DNA from: Lama guanicoe
Lineage: Eukaryota
DNA length: 64,000 bases
Reading direction: 5' to 3'
Assembly (NCBI GenBank): GCA_013239625.1
Contig: MU056134.1
Span: 2,926,477 to 2,990,476 of the forward strand
The notes beneath the pieces were generated by a model. That model did no database searches. It saw only the letters and a list, made by a program, of their open reading frames with translations, and had not been told where the DNA came from. Positions 23,740-34,575 of this stretch are shown in pieces. Position 1 is the stretch's first letter. Each line of letters opens with the position of its first letter. Position numbers and translations under genes: made by a program.

Positions 23740-24260
23740 TTTTTAAATTGAAATATAATTCATATAGTATAAAATTCACTCTTTGAAAGTACGCAATTCA
23801 GTGGTGTTAGAATATCCATCAAGTCGTGCAACCATCACCACTATCGAGTTCCAGAACATTTTCACCACCTCTAGAAGAATTCCCATGCCCATTAACAGTC
23901 CCTCCCCATTGCCCCACATCNNNNNNNNNNNNNNNNNNNNNNNNNNNNNNNNNNNNNNNNNNNNNNNNNNNNNNNNNNNNNNNNNNNNNNNNNNNNNNNN
24001 NNNNNNNNNNNNNNNNNNNNNNNNNNNNNNNNNNNNNNNNNNNNNNNNNNNNNNNNNNNNNNNNNNNNNNNNNNNNNNNNNNNNNNNNNNNNNNNNNNNN
24101 NNNNNNNTATGTTGGTAGGAAAAAGGAGAAAGGGGTTTGGAGACGAGAGCAGGCAGAAGAGATTTTACTTTTTCATAGATTTTTGAACTGATCAACTTGT
24201 TAACAATATATTGTGTATGCTGATGTAATTAAAAATTAACAAAGAAAACTGAAAGGAGGA
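23740..24260. mobile_element. L1M 3' end fragment(s) interrupted by an assembly gap
   Basis: aattgaaatataattcatatagtataaaattcactc..gcaaccatcaccactatc..ccagaacattttcacc (minus-oriented L1 3' end) before the gap. Confidence 0.75.
23921..24107. other. Assembly gap (187 N)
   Basis: Run of n. Confidence 1.
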
Positions 24261-24884
24261 AGAAAAGGAACCTGCCTCAGAGACATCAATATATTTCCCT
24301 TGATGGCTCTGTGGACTGGAAAGTTCATGGCTATATCTATTGATGACCCTTTGTCTTCCAAGTGAAGGGAACTGGAATCGGGGGAGGAGCTGGGATCAGG
24401 GGAGAAGCTGGGAGATGCACCCACATCAGAGCAGCGACCACAAATACCAAGGGGCCCCAGGTACAACAGTCCTTTGCTGTTAGGATCAGGAAAGCCAGAA
24501 GTTCCCCCCTTCCTGGGACACAAGACAAGCGCTGAGAAGAGATGTTACAGGCCTGCTTTGGAAAGATGCATTTTCATATGTTGCAAAAAACCTGCATTGA
24601 CATCACATTTCTGCAAAGATCCACAGTGTTGTTCACAGCATCCCCAAATTAGTGCTTGGTTGTGAAACGGCCTCCAGTGGACCCTCCCACTGCAAGCAAG
24701 CACCCTGTTGAGGTCCAGCTGCCCACGTGGTACAGGTTGGGGGAGGCCAAGGGCACCAAGGACAAAGACCAGTGGGAGCACATGGAGGTGTGGCGGGCAT
24801 TGGCCTGGCACCCATGGCACTGCTCCGCTGGCTGACAGCACAAATGTTGGTTGCTGTCTCGGGACAGGGGGCAAAGAGACTTAC

Positions 24885-25059
24885 CTCTCCCTCGGGCCCA
24901 TGTGTAGACGCGGCTGGTCTCAGTGCTTCGGGGCTCTTGTTCAGCTGGCTCCACAGACAAGGGTCGGAAGTGTGGGTGATCAGTCTGGCCAGGGGTCTTC
25001 AGGGGCAGGATGTACTTGGGGAGTCCTTTGTAGAACCAGGCCCCTGACCTCTTCCAGAC
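24885..25059 (-). CDS. RPH3AL: RPH3AL coding exon, 175 nt: VWKRSGAWFYKGLPKYILPLKTPGQTDHPHFRPLSVEPAEQEPRSTETSRVYTWARGR
   Basis: Lies within ORF 24649..25134(-). Contains the SGAWFY Rab-binding motif of the rabphilin/Noc2 family. Acceptor tccccacccag|GTC, donor AGAG|gtaagt, phase 0-1. Confidence 0.98.
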
Positions 25060-25529
25060 CTGGGTGGGGAGACATCTGCTCAGAGTACAGGATGCAGAGC
25101 AGCCCTCCCTGTACTGTGCTCTCAGCCAGCCCACTCTCCCCTTCTGCTAGAATGTGCTGGGCACTGTGCACAGCACCCAGAAGGTGCTCAGGAAGCCACC
25201 TGTATTCCTCCTGCCAGCCCCTTCCCCTCGAGACTCTGGGCAGAGAGAGAAGAGGCTGGAGGAAGGGCTGGGCTGGCCATGGTTGGCTTGGCCGTGGTCT
25301 TGGAGAGCTTCTCAGATGAGATCATCTCCGCAGGGGATACAGACGTTCTGAGTCTCAGAGAGAGCCACAGATTAGAATTCAGAGCAGCAACGGAGATAAG
25401 GGTCCCTTAACCCTACTTCAGAAAGCGCCAAACGTTCTGTAATCTCTTTTCTGATGAAGGAAATGCACTCAGGATATTTGGTAAGAAGGGTGTGAAGGGA
25501 GGATGTGACCTTTTCTGAGAATAGGAAGC

Positions 25530-25720
25530 CTTGGTGGTTCAGAGTAGACGTGCTGGGGTTGAATCCTCACCCTGCAGCCCTAAGATTTGGATGCATCAAG
25601 CTTCCTGAGCCTCAGTTTCAGTATCAGTTGGTGGGAGTGGAGAACGACGCTGTCTCCCAGGGAGGCCATGAGTATCAGACTCGTGAATGAATGTAAATTC
25701 CCACAGCCTGGCACGGAGCA
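25530..25720 (-). mobile_element. MIR SINE
   Basis: ctggggttgaatcct..ctgagcctcagtttc..cacagcctggcac. Confidence 0.6.
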
Positions 25721-25989
25721 GCCACTCGACAGACTTGGTGACCACGATCATTGCTGTCACCCTTCTCCTCTCATCTGACTAACGTGCGCAGCTTTACAAC
25801 CAGGGGACCAAGTTCCCTGCTCAAAAGGGAAAATTTAAAATCAGAAGGCCAGAGTCTGCCCTTAATCTCTAGACAACAGTGTTTCCCACTCCCCAAACTT
25901 CCTCTGCACCACATTGTTTCTATAGGATGTCAGCAGGGGACAGGCCAAAAACAGAAAGGAAAAAAAAAGAAAAAAAGAGTTCCCAATCA

Positions 25990-26130
25990 TGTACCCTGGG
26001 AAACACTACATTAAACCAAGCTCCGTAACTGCAGGACTTCTCAGAGCCTTTAATCTACCAGTGTGTACAGGGTTCTCCAACAGGGTGAAAGGATGTACAG
26101 TGCTTCCCACTTAGAATTTACCCAGCAAGG
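25990..26130. mobile_element. hAT-Charlie DNA transposon fragment
   Basis: gggaaacact..caggacttctcagagcctttaat..cagtgcttccca resembles recalled Charlie4-like sequence. Confidence 0.45.
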
Positions 26131-27470
26131 TTTCCTAGAGAAACTCCATCCTAGTAACGGGTGTGCACAACCTTAACTGCACAGCACTTACGCTTCACTT
26201 GTGGAGTGAGGCGTATCTATCTCTCCAAGGAGACAGCATCGCCTCTTTGTGCTCCAGAATGCCAGGTACAGGGCCACTGGGTCCAAACCCTATCCCTGGC
26301 ACAAATCACTCAGCCCTCCCTCCCAGCTTCCCTGTGCAGAAGGGCCTGCTTTTCTGTGTGGCCCCAGGATAACATAGAACCCATCCGGTTGGATGAAGGC
26401 TTCATGGAGCTGCCTTTGGAAAACTCTTTCAGATCCTCTCACAGCCCCTCTACAGTATGTGTTTATTTTTTTTTTTGAGTCGGTAACGCATGCACATGAT
26501 CTAAAATTCACAAAGTGCAAAATTCAAAAGTCTCCTCTCCCATTCCCAGAGGCGTTGGTTTGATAAGAGTGCTTTGTGGAAGCTCTATTATTATCCTCAC
26601 TTTCAAGACGGAGAAACTGAGGCTCTGACAAGTTAAGCAATGCGCTCAAGGCTGGCCCACCATTCCATTGGCCTCTACTCCACACAGGAGGTCCCCGAGC
26701 CTCATCCCAACAGTTTACAGATGCAGAGTAGGGGCTCACTAACTTGTGGTTGAGTGAGGGTTGACTCTTTCGTGGGTCAGACATCACTGTCATGGACACT
26801 AAGTGTCTGGATGCCTAGAGGCCACAGAAGTGCCAAGTAGGGTGAGGAAACACACAAGCAGCTGCTGCCAAGGTCACCTTGTCCCTGCAGAGCTGCTGCG
26901 TGGCTCGTGAGAACAGGTGCCCAAGCCTAAGAGGCCACGGGGGCTGGCGAGGGGCTCGGTCAGCCCCCCTCTGCTAAGCCAAGGCCTGTGCGTCCGTCAG
27001 TGCTGGCTTGGCCTGCCCTCCCCGAGCAAGCCAGCCTCCTGTCCCCTGACATGGACTGGGCCTCTGGGGACCACAAGAAGCCAGCCCTCGGGAGCCCGCT
27101 GTGGATGGTGGCGCCTGGGGGGTTTTAGGACCGGCACCGCGCTGCCTCCCTGACCCTCGCCAAGGAGGCTGCTTTGCCTTTTTTTCCCCAGAGAAATACA
27201 GACACGGCATGCAAAATTAGGACAATAACAAAAACGCAAAAGGAAGAAACTCTAAGTCACTCGTAACCTCACCACATAGACAGAGCCCTGCTTAGCACTG
27301 TACTGTGAATTTTCTTACGCTCTTTCCTGGGCATATACACAATTTTGTTTCTTTCTTTCTCTCTTTTTGAAGAATAGGATCATGTAGATGCGATTATATG
27401 ATACTTAACTATATATCTTAGCAGTTGTTTTGTGTTAATAAGTAATAGTTGCCACATGAAACTATGGGTC

Positions 27471-27635
27471 TGTTTTTAAATTTTTAAATTTTTTTTAAAA
27501 CAAAACAAAAATTTTGAGGGGGGTGATTAGATTTATCTATTTATTTACTACTTTTGGTGGAGGTACTGGGGCTTGAACCTGAGACCTTGTGCATGCTGGG
27601 CACACACCCTATCACTGAGCTATACCCTCCCTCCA
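27471..27635 (-). mobile_element. Camelid tRNA-derived SINE (Vic-1-like) with target-site duplication
   Basis: Minus strand reads ggagggtatagctcagtgatag..agcatgcacaaggtctcaggttcaagccccagtacctcc plus an A-rich tail. Flanked by aaactatgggtc (27459-27470) and aaactatggttc (27636-27647). Confidence 0.85.
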
Positions 27636-27939
27636 AAACTATGGTTCCATAGCTTGGATTTATTAAACTTAATTCATTCAACCCCTCACTGGTGGACATT
27701 TAAATTGTTTCCAGTTGTTCACTCTTATGAACAGTGTGGCAACGATCATCTTGGCTCACCCATCGTCAGACAGGTGTCGGTTACCACCTTAGAAATACCT
27801 CTAGGAGCGGAACTGCTGGTCAAGGGATGTGTGTACATTTAGACGATGACGTACATCATCAGACTGCTCTCCAGGAAGAAAAGTCAAATCCCCAGCCAGG
27901 TACTAAGTGTCTTCAGCGGGGGTGGGGACCCCACACAGT

Positions 27940-28383
27940 GCTGTTAATTGTGTTAAAATACACAGAAAATGTATCAGTTTATCACCATAACCATTTCAAA
28001 GTGTGCAGTTCAGTGTGTTAAACACACTCACACTGTTGGGTAGCCCCTCTCCAGGACTCTATTTTATCTTGCAAAACTGAAACTTTACCCATCAAACAAC
28101 TCCCCCTCCCCTTCTCCCCCCAGCCCCTGGTCACCATTCTCCTTTGTGCCTGTGAGTCTGGCTACTCCGCATGCCTCACACAAGTGGAATCATGCAGTAT
28201 TTGTCTTTTTGATGCACACACAGTATTTGGCTTATTTCACTGAGTGTAATGACCTCATGGCTCATTAACATGTGTCAGAACCTCCTTCCTTTTTGAGGCT
28301 GAATCATATTCCATTTTATGTGTACACATTTTCTTCATCCAGTCATCCGTTGATGGACACTTGGGTTGCTTTCACCTTTTCGC
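27940..28383 (-). mobile_element. L1MB-type 3' end
   Basis: tcttgcaaaactgaaact, gtggaatcatgcagtatttgtcttt, ttccattttatg, gatggacacttgggttgctttcacc. Confidence 0.85.
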
Positions 28384-28397
28384 TGGTCCTTTGTTTT

Positions 28398-28652
28398 TTT
28401 TTTAATTAAATTCTTTTTCCTAAATCAGTTCTTTAAAGATGTAATTTTGGCTAACATGATTTTTTAAAAAATTGAAGTATAGTCAGTTTACACTGTTGTG
28501 TCAATTCCTGGTGTATGGTACCATAATTCAGTCATACACATACATACACATATTAGTTTTCATATTCTTTTCCATTATAGGTTACTATAAGGTATTGAAT
28601 ATAGTTCCCTGTGCTATACACTATTAACTTGCTGTTTATCTATTTTATATAT
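28398..28652 (-). mobile_element. 5'-truncated cetartiodactyl L1 3' end with extended tail and TSD
   Basis: attgaagtatagtcagtttaca..atagttccctgtgctatac. TSD tggtcctttgtttt (28384-28397) / tggtcctttatttt (28653-28666). Confidence 0.85.
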
Positions 28653-31034
28653 TGGTCCTTTATTTTCATCTGTCTCTCCCACTAGGGTCTACCATCCAGG
28701 AAGGAGGCTCAGGGCACCTCTGCTCACCACCGCATCCTTAAGCTCCTAGCGCACACCTGACACATAGTAGGTGCTTCTTCAACACTGGCTGAATGACTAG
28801 GCTCTTAGCTGGAATGTGTCCTAATGCATCGAGTCTGTCACCTTCCTGGGGAAGTGGCCTGAGGGTTTTGCCCAAGCTCTTGTAACTAATCAAGTGGGTT
28901 TAGACTGAAACAGGGATAAAGAGGGGGAGCCTAGCAGGTGCAGAGCGAGCTCCTGTGCCCCTCCCGACGTGCACCTCAGAGCACAAGCAGCCATGCCCTC
29001 CCAGTCTTTCCTCCAGCACCAGTGAGCCCCGCAGCCCCAGCTGCCCCCGCTGGCCCTGGCACATCACAGCCAGTGGGCCCCACGCCACCAGCCTCACTTC
29101 CTGTTGCGATGATCCCCCTCCACCCCTACCACCCCCCTAAAAAACACTGATCACTCAAGTGCTTTTGGAAAACAGGATAAAGAGCACAGGACACAAAGTA
29201 CTAGGTTGAATTGCAGGAAAATGCTGATATTCAACGTTTTTCTTTTTCTTTTTTTTTTTGGTATTCATTTTTGACCTGTAAAAACTGCTGTCAATTTCAT
29301 ACAATTCCCCTCCATATTTATGCTCAGCAGGGGCCATGGCCCACAGGTCTGCCAGGCCTGCAGCGCCTCCCTGGGGTCCAGGTGGCAGGTGAGTTCACTG
29401 TAATGGGGCCTCAGGTCTGTCTGCTTCTCTCCAGCTGGCGCTGCAGTCCAGGTGGGAGCTGGACACCGCCGCAATGGGCAGAGACCAGACCAGATCAGAT
29501 TGGCCAGTGATCCTGGACCAGCTAAAGGAGAAGCATTTTCTGAGTCCTCGAGGCAGTGGGGACAGGAGCACACAGGTGCATCACCTGGTATGGGGGGCAC
29601 ACCTGGGGAGAGGTGCATTAAAGACACTGTCGATGTTTTGGAAAACGCCTTCCACATAAGAGAGCAGGATTGGGGAGGTGAGGCGTGAGGGATCCCAGTT
29701 CTGAGCAGCCATCCTTCCCCTGCCCATGCCAGTCCACACACATCCTCTCCATCCAGACCTTCTCTCGCCTCGCTACCCCACCTCCACCCTGCAAAACTCA
29801 CAGCAGTAGCTTTTAATCACATGATTTCTGCTCTGTGCATCCAAGCCCATCACCTGAGGCCTGGCATCAACACCTGACCCCCTCCCCAAGGACAGTGGCT
29901 GGAAAAGCCCTCCGTGGGAATTAACCCCCAACTACCCTGTCTAGGGCTACCGATGGGAAAACCTTCACTTCCTGGAGTAGCCGTGCGATTCTGCAGAGCC
30001 CAGCTCTGCTCCCCACGTGTGGTTTGCTGTGATAAGGCCAGCAAAGCAGCCAGCCTTGAAAATGCCATTTAGTGAGAAAAGACCGGCACAGTCGCCATGC
30101 TACTTGCAGGGTGGGGGAGGGGCGGGTGGTGGCCTTAAATCCTCCTCTAGCACCGTTTTGTGCTCTGTACTCTGCTTGGAGGTTTCCATTCTGATTTCAG
30201 CTCATGGCCAACCTGACTGCAGATACTGATGGATATTAGCCAAGCTGTTCCCAGGGAATTTTAATTACCATGATAACAGTCGCTAATCATAGGCATTTCC
30301 TAAATGGCTGGGGCTGAGAAGGTGGTAATTGGCAGGCCCTGTTGGACAGAAGGGCAGGCCTGGGGGACCAGCCACTGGGGAGGATGCAGGAGTGGGGGCC
30401 TAAGACCTCTGTCCCTGTCCACTGCTCTGCCCTTTCCATGTGTTACTGCCTCTCCCCGCCTCCCATGCAACTCAGGAGTGGCCCTGCATGAACTCAGGTG
30501 AGGTGTCCATGTTCTCTGTCCCTCACCCCATGGGTCTGAGCAGGGGGACAGTTTGGGGCCTTTGCACATGCTGTTCCTTCTGCCTGGCGTGCCCTTTACC
30601 TTCGGTTCCATGAGGCAGGGACACCTCCCCCAGGAAGCCTTCTGGGCCACCTTGTGTGCCACTGCTGTGCTCCCAGAGGCCTCGTGGTTCTGCTGCCCCA
30701 GCACTTTCCCCAGCTAAGGGGCTGTGTGAGCTCTTCAAGGGCAGGGCTGTGCCTGAGCCATCCCCATATTCCCAGGACCCAGCAAGGAGTCTGTCCGTGG
30801 CAGGAATGTTGCTGCCTGAGTGACTAAATGAACAAAGGAAGAAGGCAAAGCAAAGGAACTGTCCCCAGGGGACAGAACGTGGGACTCTGGCTTCAGGGAG
30901 ACCATGTTCTGTTTGCTTAACAAGCTCTAGTCTTGAAAAGCCACAGGAAGTGGCCTGTTATTGAATATCTCTTAAAGGGTCAAACTACCCTGGCAGAGAG
31001 ACAGTACAGCCCTCCTTATTTCATTACCTGAATG

Positions 31035-31035
<1 letters not shown>

Positions 31036-31067
<32 letters not shown>
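31036..31067. repeat. (CA)n microsatellite
   Basis: Uninterrupted CA run. Confidence 0.95.
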
Positions 31068-31070
<3 letters not shown>

Positions 31071-31742
31071 TGCTGGCCTCCCAGGAACTCTAATAGGAAA
31101 GCTAAACTCCACAGCAGGGCCAATAAGACCCCAGAGCTCCACCAGCACCTGCCTCCCTCCCCAGCCTCATCTTTGCCTCCTCCCTCCCCTCACACTGGGG
31201 GTCAGCCAGACACAGCCACTCCCACTCCCGGACCACACTAAGCTGTCTCATGCCCCCAGGCCTTTGTACCTGCTGTTCCTTCTTCCCTCCCTGGGCTGGG
31301 ATGATGAAATCCAGCCTTTAGGAAATTACTTATACCCAGAAGCTTCCACAAAACCGTGCAGGTCTCCCACTGCAATGCACACACACTCTTATGAATGCCT
31401 ATTTCTGTTTCCTGCAACTGATCAAGACATTCCATGATGGCAGGAGACCCTCAGGGCACCCAGCACACACTAGATATCCAACAAATATCCATCATCTGAG
31501 ACTACTGAACACGTGTCCAAATGTCAAGGCTTTAAGAATCTCAGGTTACTTAAGAGAAACATTGGCTCTTAGAGTGTGCCATGGACTGAACCGTGCCCCA
31601 GCCCCAAATTCATATATTGAAGCCATAACCCCAAGGTGACGGCATGTGGAGGTGGGGGCCTTTGGGAGGTAATTAGGTTTAGATGAGGTCATAAGGGTGG
31701 GGCCCTCACAGTGGGATTAGTGTCCTTATAAGTAGAGACACC

Positions 31743-31858
31743 AAAAGATAGAAAAAGGAATATATGAATGTATATGTATGACTGAGACATTATGCTGTAC
31801 ACTAGAAACTGAAGCAACATTGTAAACTGACTGTACATCAATTTAAAAAAAAGAAAGA
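31743..31858 (+). mobile_element. Short L1 3' end inserted into the MLT1 LTR
   Basis: aaaggaatatatg..attatgctgtacac..tgtaaactgactgtacatcaat plus an A tail; agagaca on both sides; same family as 44338-44753. Confidence 0.8.
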
Positions 31859-31903
31859 AAGAGACAGCAGAGAGTTTGCCTTTCTCTTCTCTGTGTGAGG
31901 ACA

Positions 31904-32033
31904 NNNNNNNNNNNNNNNNNNNNNNNNNNNNNNNNNNNNNNNNNNNNNNNNNNNNNNNNNNNNNNNNNNNNNNNNNNNNNNNNNNNNNNNNNNNNNNNNN
32001 NNNNNNNNNNNNNNNNNNNNNNNNNNNNNNNNN
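31904..32033. other. Assembly gap (130 N)
   Basis: Run of n. Confidence 1.
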
Positions 32034-32094
32034 TCTGTGTTATTTTGTTTTAGCAGCCCGAGTTAAGACACAGGGAGAAGCTGCCTGGGAGGCT

Positions 32095-32520
32095 GAAGTA
32101 GATTGAACACAGCCCCAAATTATTTTCCTCTCCTCCCACCAAGAAGTGGAGTCTATTTCCCTACCCCTTGAATCTGGTCTAGGCTGTGATCTGCTTTGAC
32201 CCAGAGAATGTAGTGGAAGTAACTTGTGACTCTGACAGGCCTCGAGTGGCCCAGCAGCCTGTTGGAACACTACTGTGGTCATGTGAGAGAGCCTCACCCA
32301 GGATCTGGAGGACAAAAGGCCACAGAGGAGAACAAAAACACCCCAGCCAACAGCCAGAGGAGTGAGCCTTTCTGGACCTCCACCTCAGTCGAACTGCCGG
32401 ATGACTGCAGCCCATGAATGACACCAGAGATGCCAACAAAAAAAACCACCCTGCTGAGCCCAGCCCAAACAGCAGAATCACGAGCAAATAAATGATTGTT
32501 ATTTTAAGCCTCCACACCTC
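32095..32520 (+). mobile_element. MLT1F/G/H-like MaLR LTR
   Basis: cctcccaccaagaagtggagtctatttccc..cccttgaatctgg..ctgctgagcccagcccaaa..aaataaatgattgttattttaagcc. Confidence 0.75.
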
Positions 32521-32549
32521 TGGCAGGACATCCAACCTACAGACACTTC

Positions 32550-33720
32550 TTAAAAAAGAAGCAATCGGATATGTTGCTAATTAACTGAGTAAAGTAGGAA
32601 AGTTAAATTCAGGGACTTAAAATATACATAGACTCATTTATCAAATATGAACAACATGCTATGAAAATGGGACAATGGAAGAATAAGAAGAGGTGCCTAG
32701 AAATTAAACATATAATGGAGAAATATAAAAATGTAAAATAAAGGAAGAAATTTGGAATGTGGAGCACAAAATTAAGGAGACAGAAAAAACTGAAAAGAAT
32801 AAGAGACAAAAATGCTCAACTTGAAGGGTCAAAGTCCTAATAATAGATTCCCCAGAAAAACAGCAGTAAAAAACATTTCCAGGAGCTGAAGATGGACATG
32901 AGACTTCAGATTAAAAGGGTTTTATTGAATATAAGTCAGGAAAAATGAAAAGTTAAAATAGACACATACTCAGAAAATCACTTCCTTACAAACATAAAAA
33001 GAAGATCCTAGGAGCTTCCAGAAAGAAAAAAATAGGTCTCCTCCAAGGAAACCAGAATTAGAACGATATCAGACTTATCAGCGACGACACTGGAGCTAAA
33101 AGACTGAGTGTGTACATTTCTATCAGTCAAACTACCAATCAAATAAGAAGACAGAACAGAGAAATCTTTAGACTTGCAAGGACTCCAGTTTTCCTAAGCA
33201 CATTGCCTTTTAAGAAGTTACTTCAGCATGGGCTCCAGCAAAACGCAGGTGAAAAATAAGAAAGAGGAAGGCAGGATCCTGGAAACAGTGTCTCCAACTC
33301 AGGAGGTGAGTCGAAGGGAAAGGCCATGAAGACAGCTTTCAGTAAGTAGTGCAGACTAGAGCCGGAAAAGGGTCTGGAGGGGTTTCTGACAGGAAAAGAG
33401 AAGGTTCCATGCAACAGAAGGTAAAAATCAAGAAGCTGCATAAAAGGACATAGAGTTTCATTATTCTTTTGCCAGTAAGAAAAAAAGGTTGATAAAAATC
33501 TCCAGGGAAAACTAAAAATTATGCCAGAAAGTTATGGTCTAAATGGCAGGTAACTTAAAATGTGACATGGTTTTAAGATACAAAGAGTTAAAAAGAAATC
33601 CATTTGATCATGATACTAGGAACATTTTCCTTCGGATGGTCCAGGGATCACAAATTATCAAAATGTGATCCTCACATATCATTTGACCTTGAAGTGTTTA
33701 ATGTTTATAAAATAATAAAA
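32550..33720 (+). mobile_element. Ancient L1 ORF1-region remnant
   Basis: A-rich degenerate L1M text (gacatgagacttcagattaaaaggg, aagatcctaggagcttccaga, atcagacttatcagc). Confidence 0.65.
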
Positions 33721-33734
33721 AATTTAAAATCCCT

Positions 33735-33930
33735 AATAATTATTGAGTACTTTGTATATATCAGTACCATTCCACAAACTTAATATAGAACTTATTTGAT
33801 TCTCACAAAAATCCTGTGAGGTAGGTCCTCTTATCAGCTCCATTTTACAGATGAGGAAATCAGGCCAGAGAGAACACACGGCACAAACAGGAAGAACAAA
33901 ATAGATTGGAACCTGGCAGTCTAGTTGTGG
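33735..33930 (+). mobile_element. MIR SINE
   Basis: tattgagtact..cctgtgaggtagg..cattttacagatgaggaaa. Confidence 0.75.
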
Positions 33931-34069
33931 AAGCTGCCCTCTTCACCCTCGTGCCAAGTCGCATTCAAGTTTGTGAAATTAAATGCTATTTATTGATGTT
34001 CAACTCTTAGCATTAACCTCGAGACAAAATGGTCTGTTTTCTTAGATTCTGTATTTGTATCTGGCATCC

Positions 34070-34575
34070 ATTAATCCCAGGACCAAACCAATGGCCAGAG
34101 TTGTTTACATCTTCCCTGTGATGGAGCTTTTGTGGGCTTGCAAGAAGCATATTATGAGCCCTCCAGCCAATCCTGAGTCCACACCCCAACCCAATCACCT
34201 CCTTGATCTAACTCTCAGACACCAAGTCAACACTCTCCCTGCCCTAACTCAACCCGGGACCAAGTACCAGACAACTAGGGCTAGCCCCTGTGCCCAGCAC
34301 CTGCTGGAGCTATTCAAGCTAGCCCATCCTAAGATACCTACCCTACCCTACCTTGCCTTTTCCTGTAGAAACCCTATTAAAGGTTATGGTCCATGCTTTC
34401 CCTTCACTTCTTCCCGCCTCCTGACAGAATGTGGTGCCTCCCCACATGGCCCTGCATGGACATGGCGTGTCCCCTTCTCTTGGGAACGGTAGGCAATAAA
34501 CTCTTCTTTCAATGGCATTAGCCTTTCCCTATCTTCACTCAGTCACTTTTGTAAATTAAGATCCAGGCACAAATC
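34070..34575 (+). mobile_element. ERV1-class solo LTR (MER39-like)
   Basis: ccccacatggccctgcatgg..cttgggaac..AATAAActcttctttcaatggcatt..cactcagtcac resembles a recalled LTR R/U5 region. Confidence 0.6.

Larger units (their letters stand above)
31575..32070 (+). mobile_element. MLT1A-like MaLR solo LTR containing a nested L1 tail and an N-gap
   Basis: atggactgaa..aaattcatatattgaagcc..ggggcctttgggaggtaattaggtttagatgaggtc..tattttgttttagcagccc..taagaca. Confidence 0.85.

Noticed and set aside
24708-25319. 203-aa + strand ORF, and likewise the 202-aa ORF at 49048-49656
   Set aside because: Antisense shadows over real exons in GC-rich DNA, with no recognisable domain.
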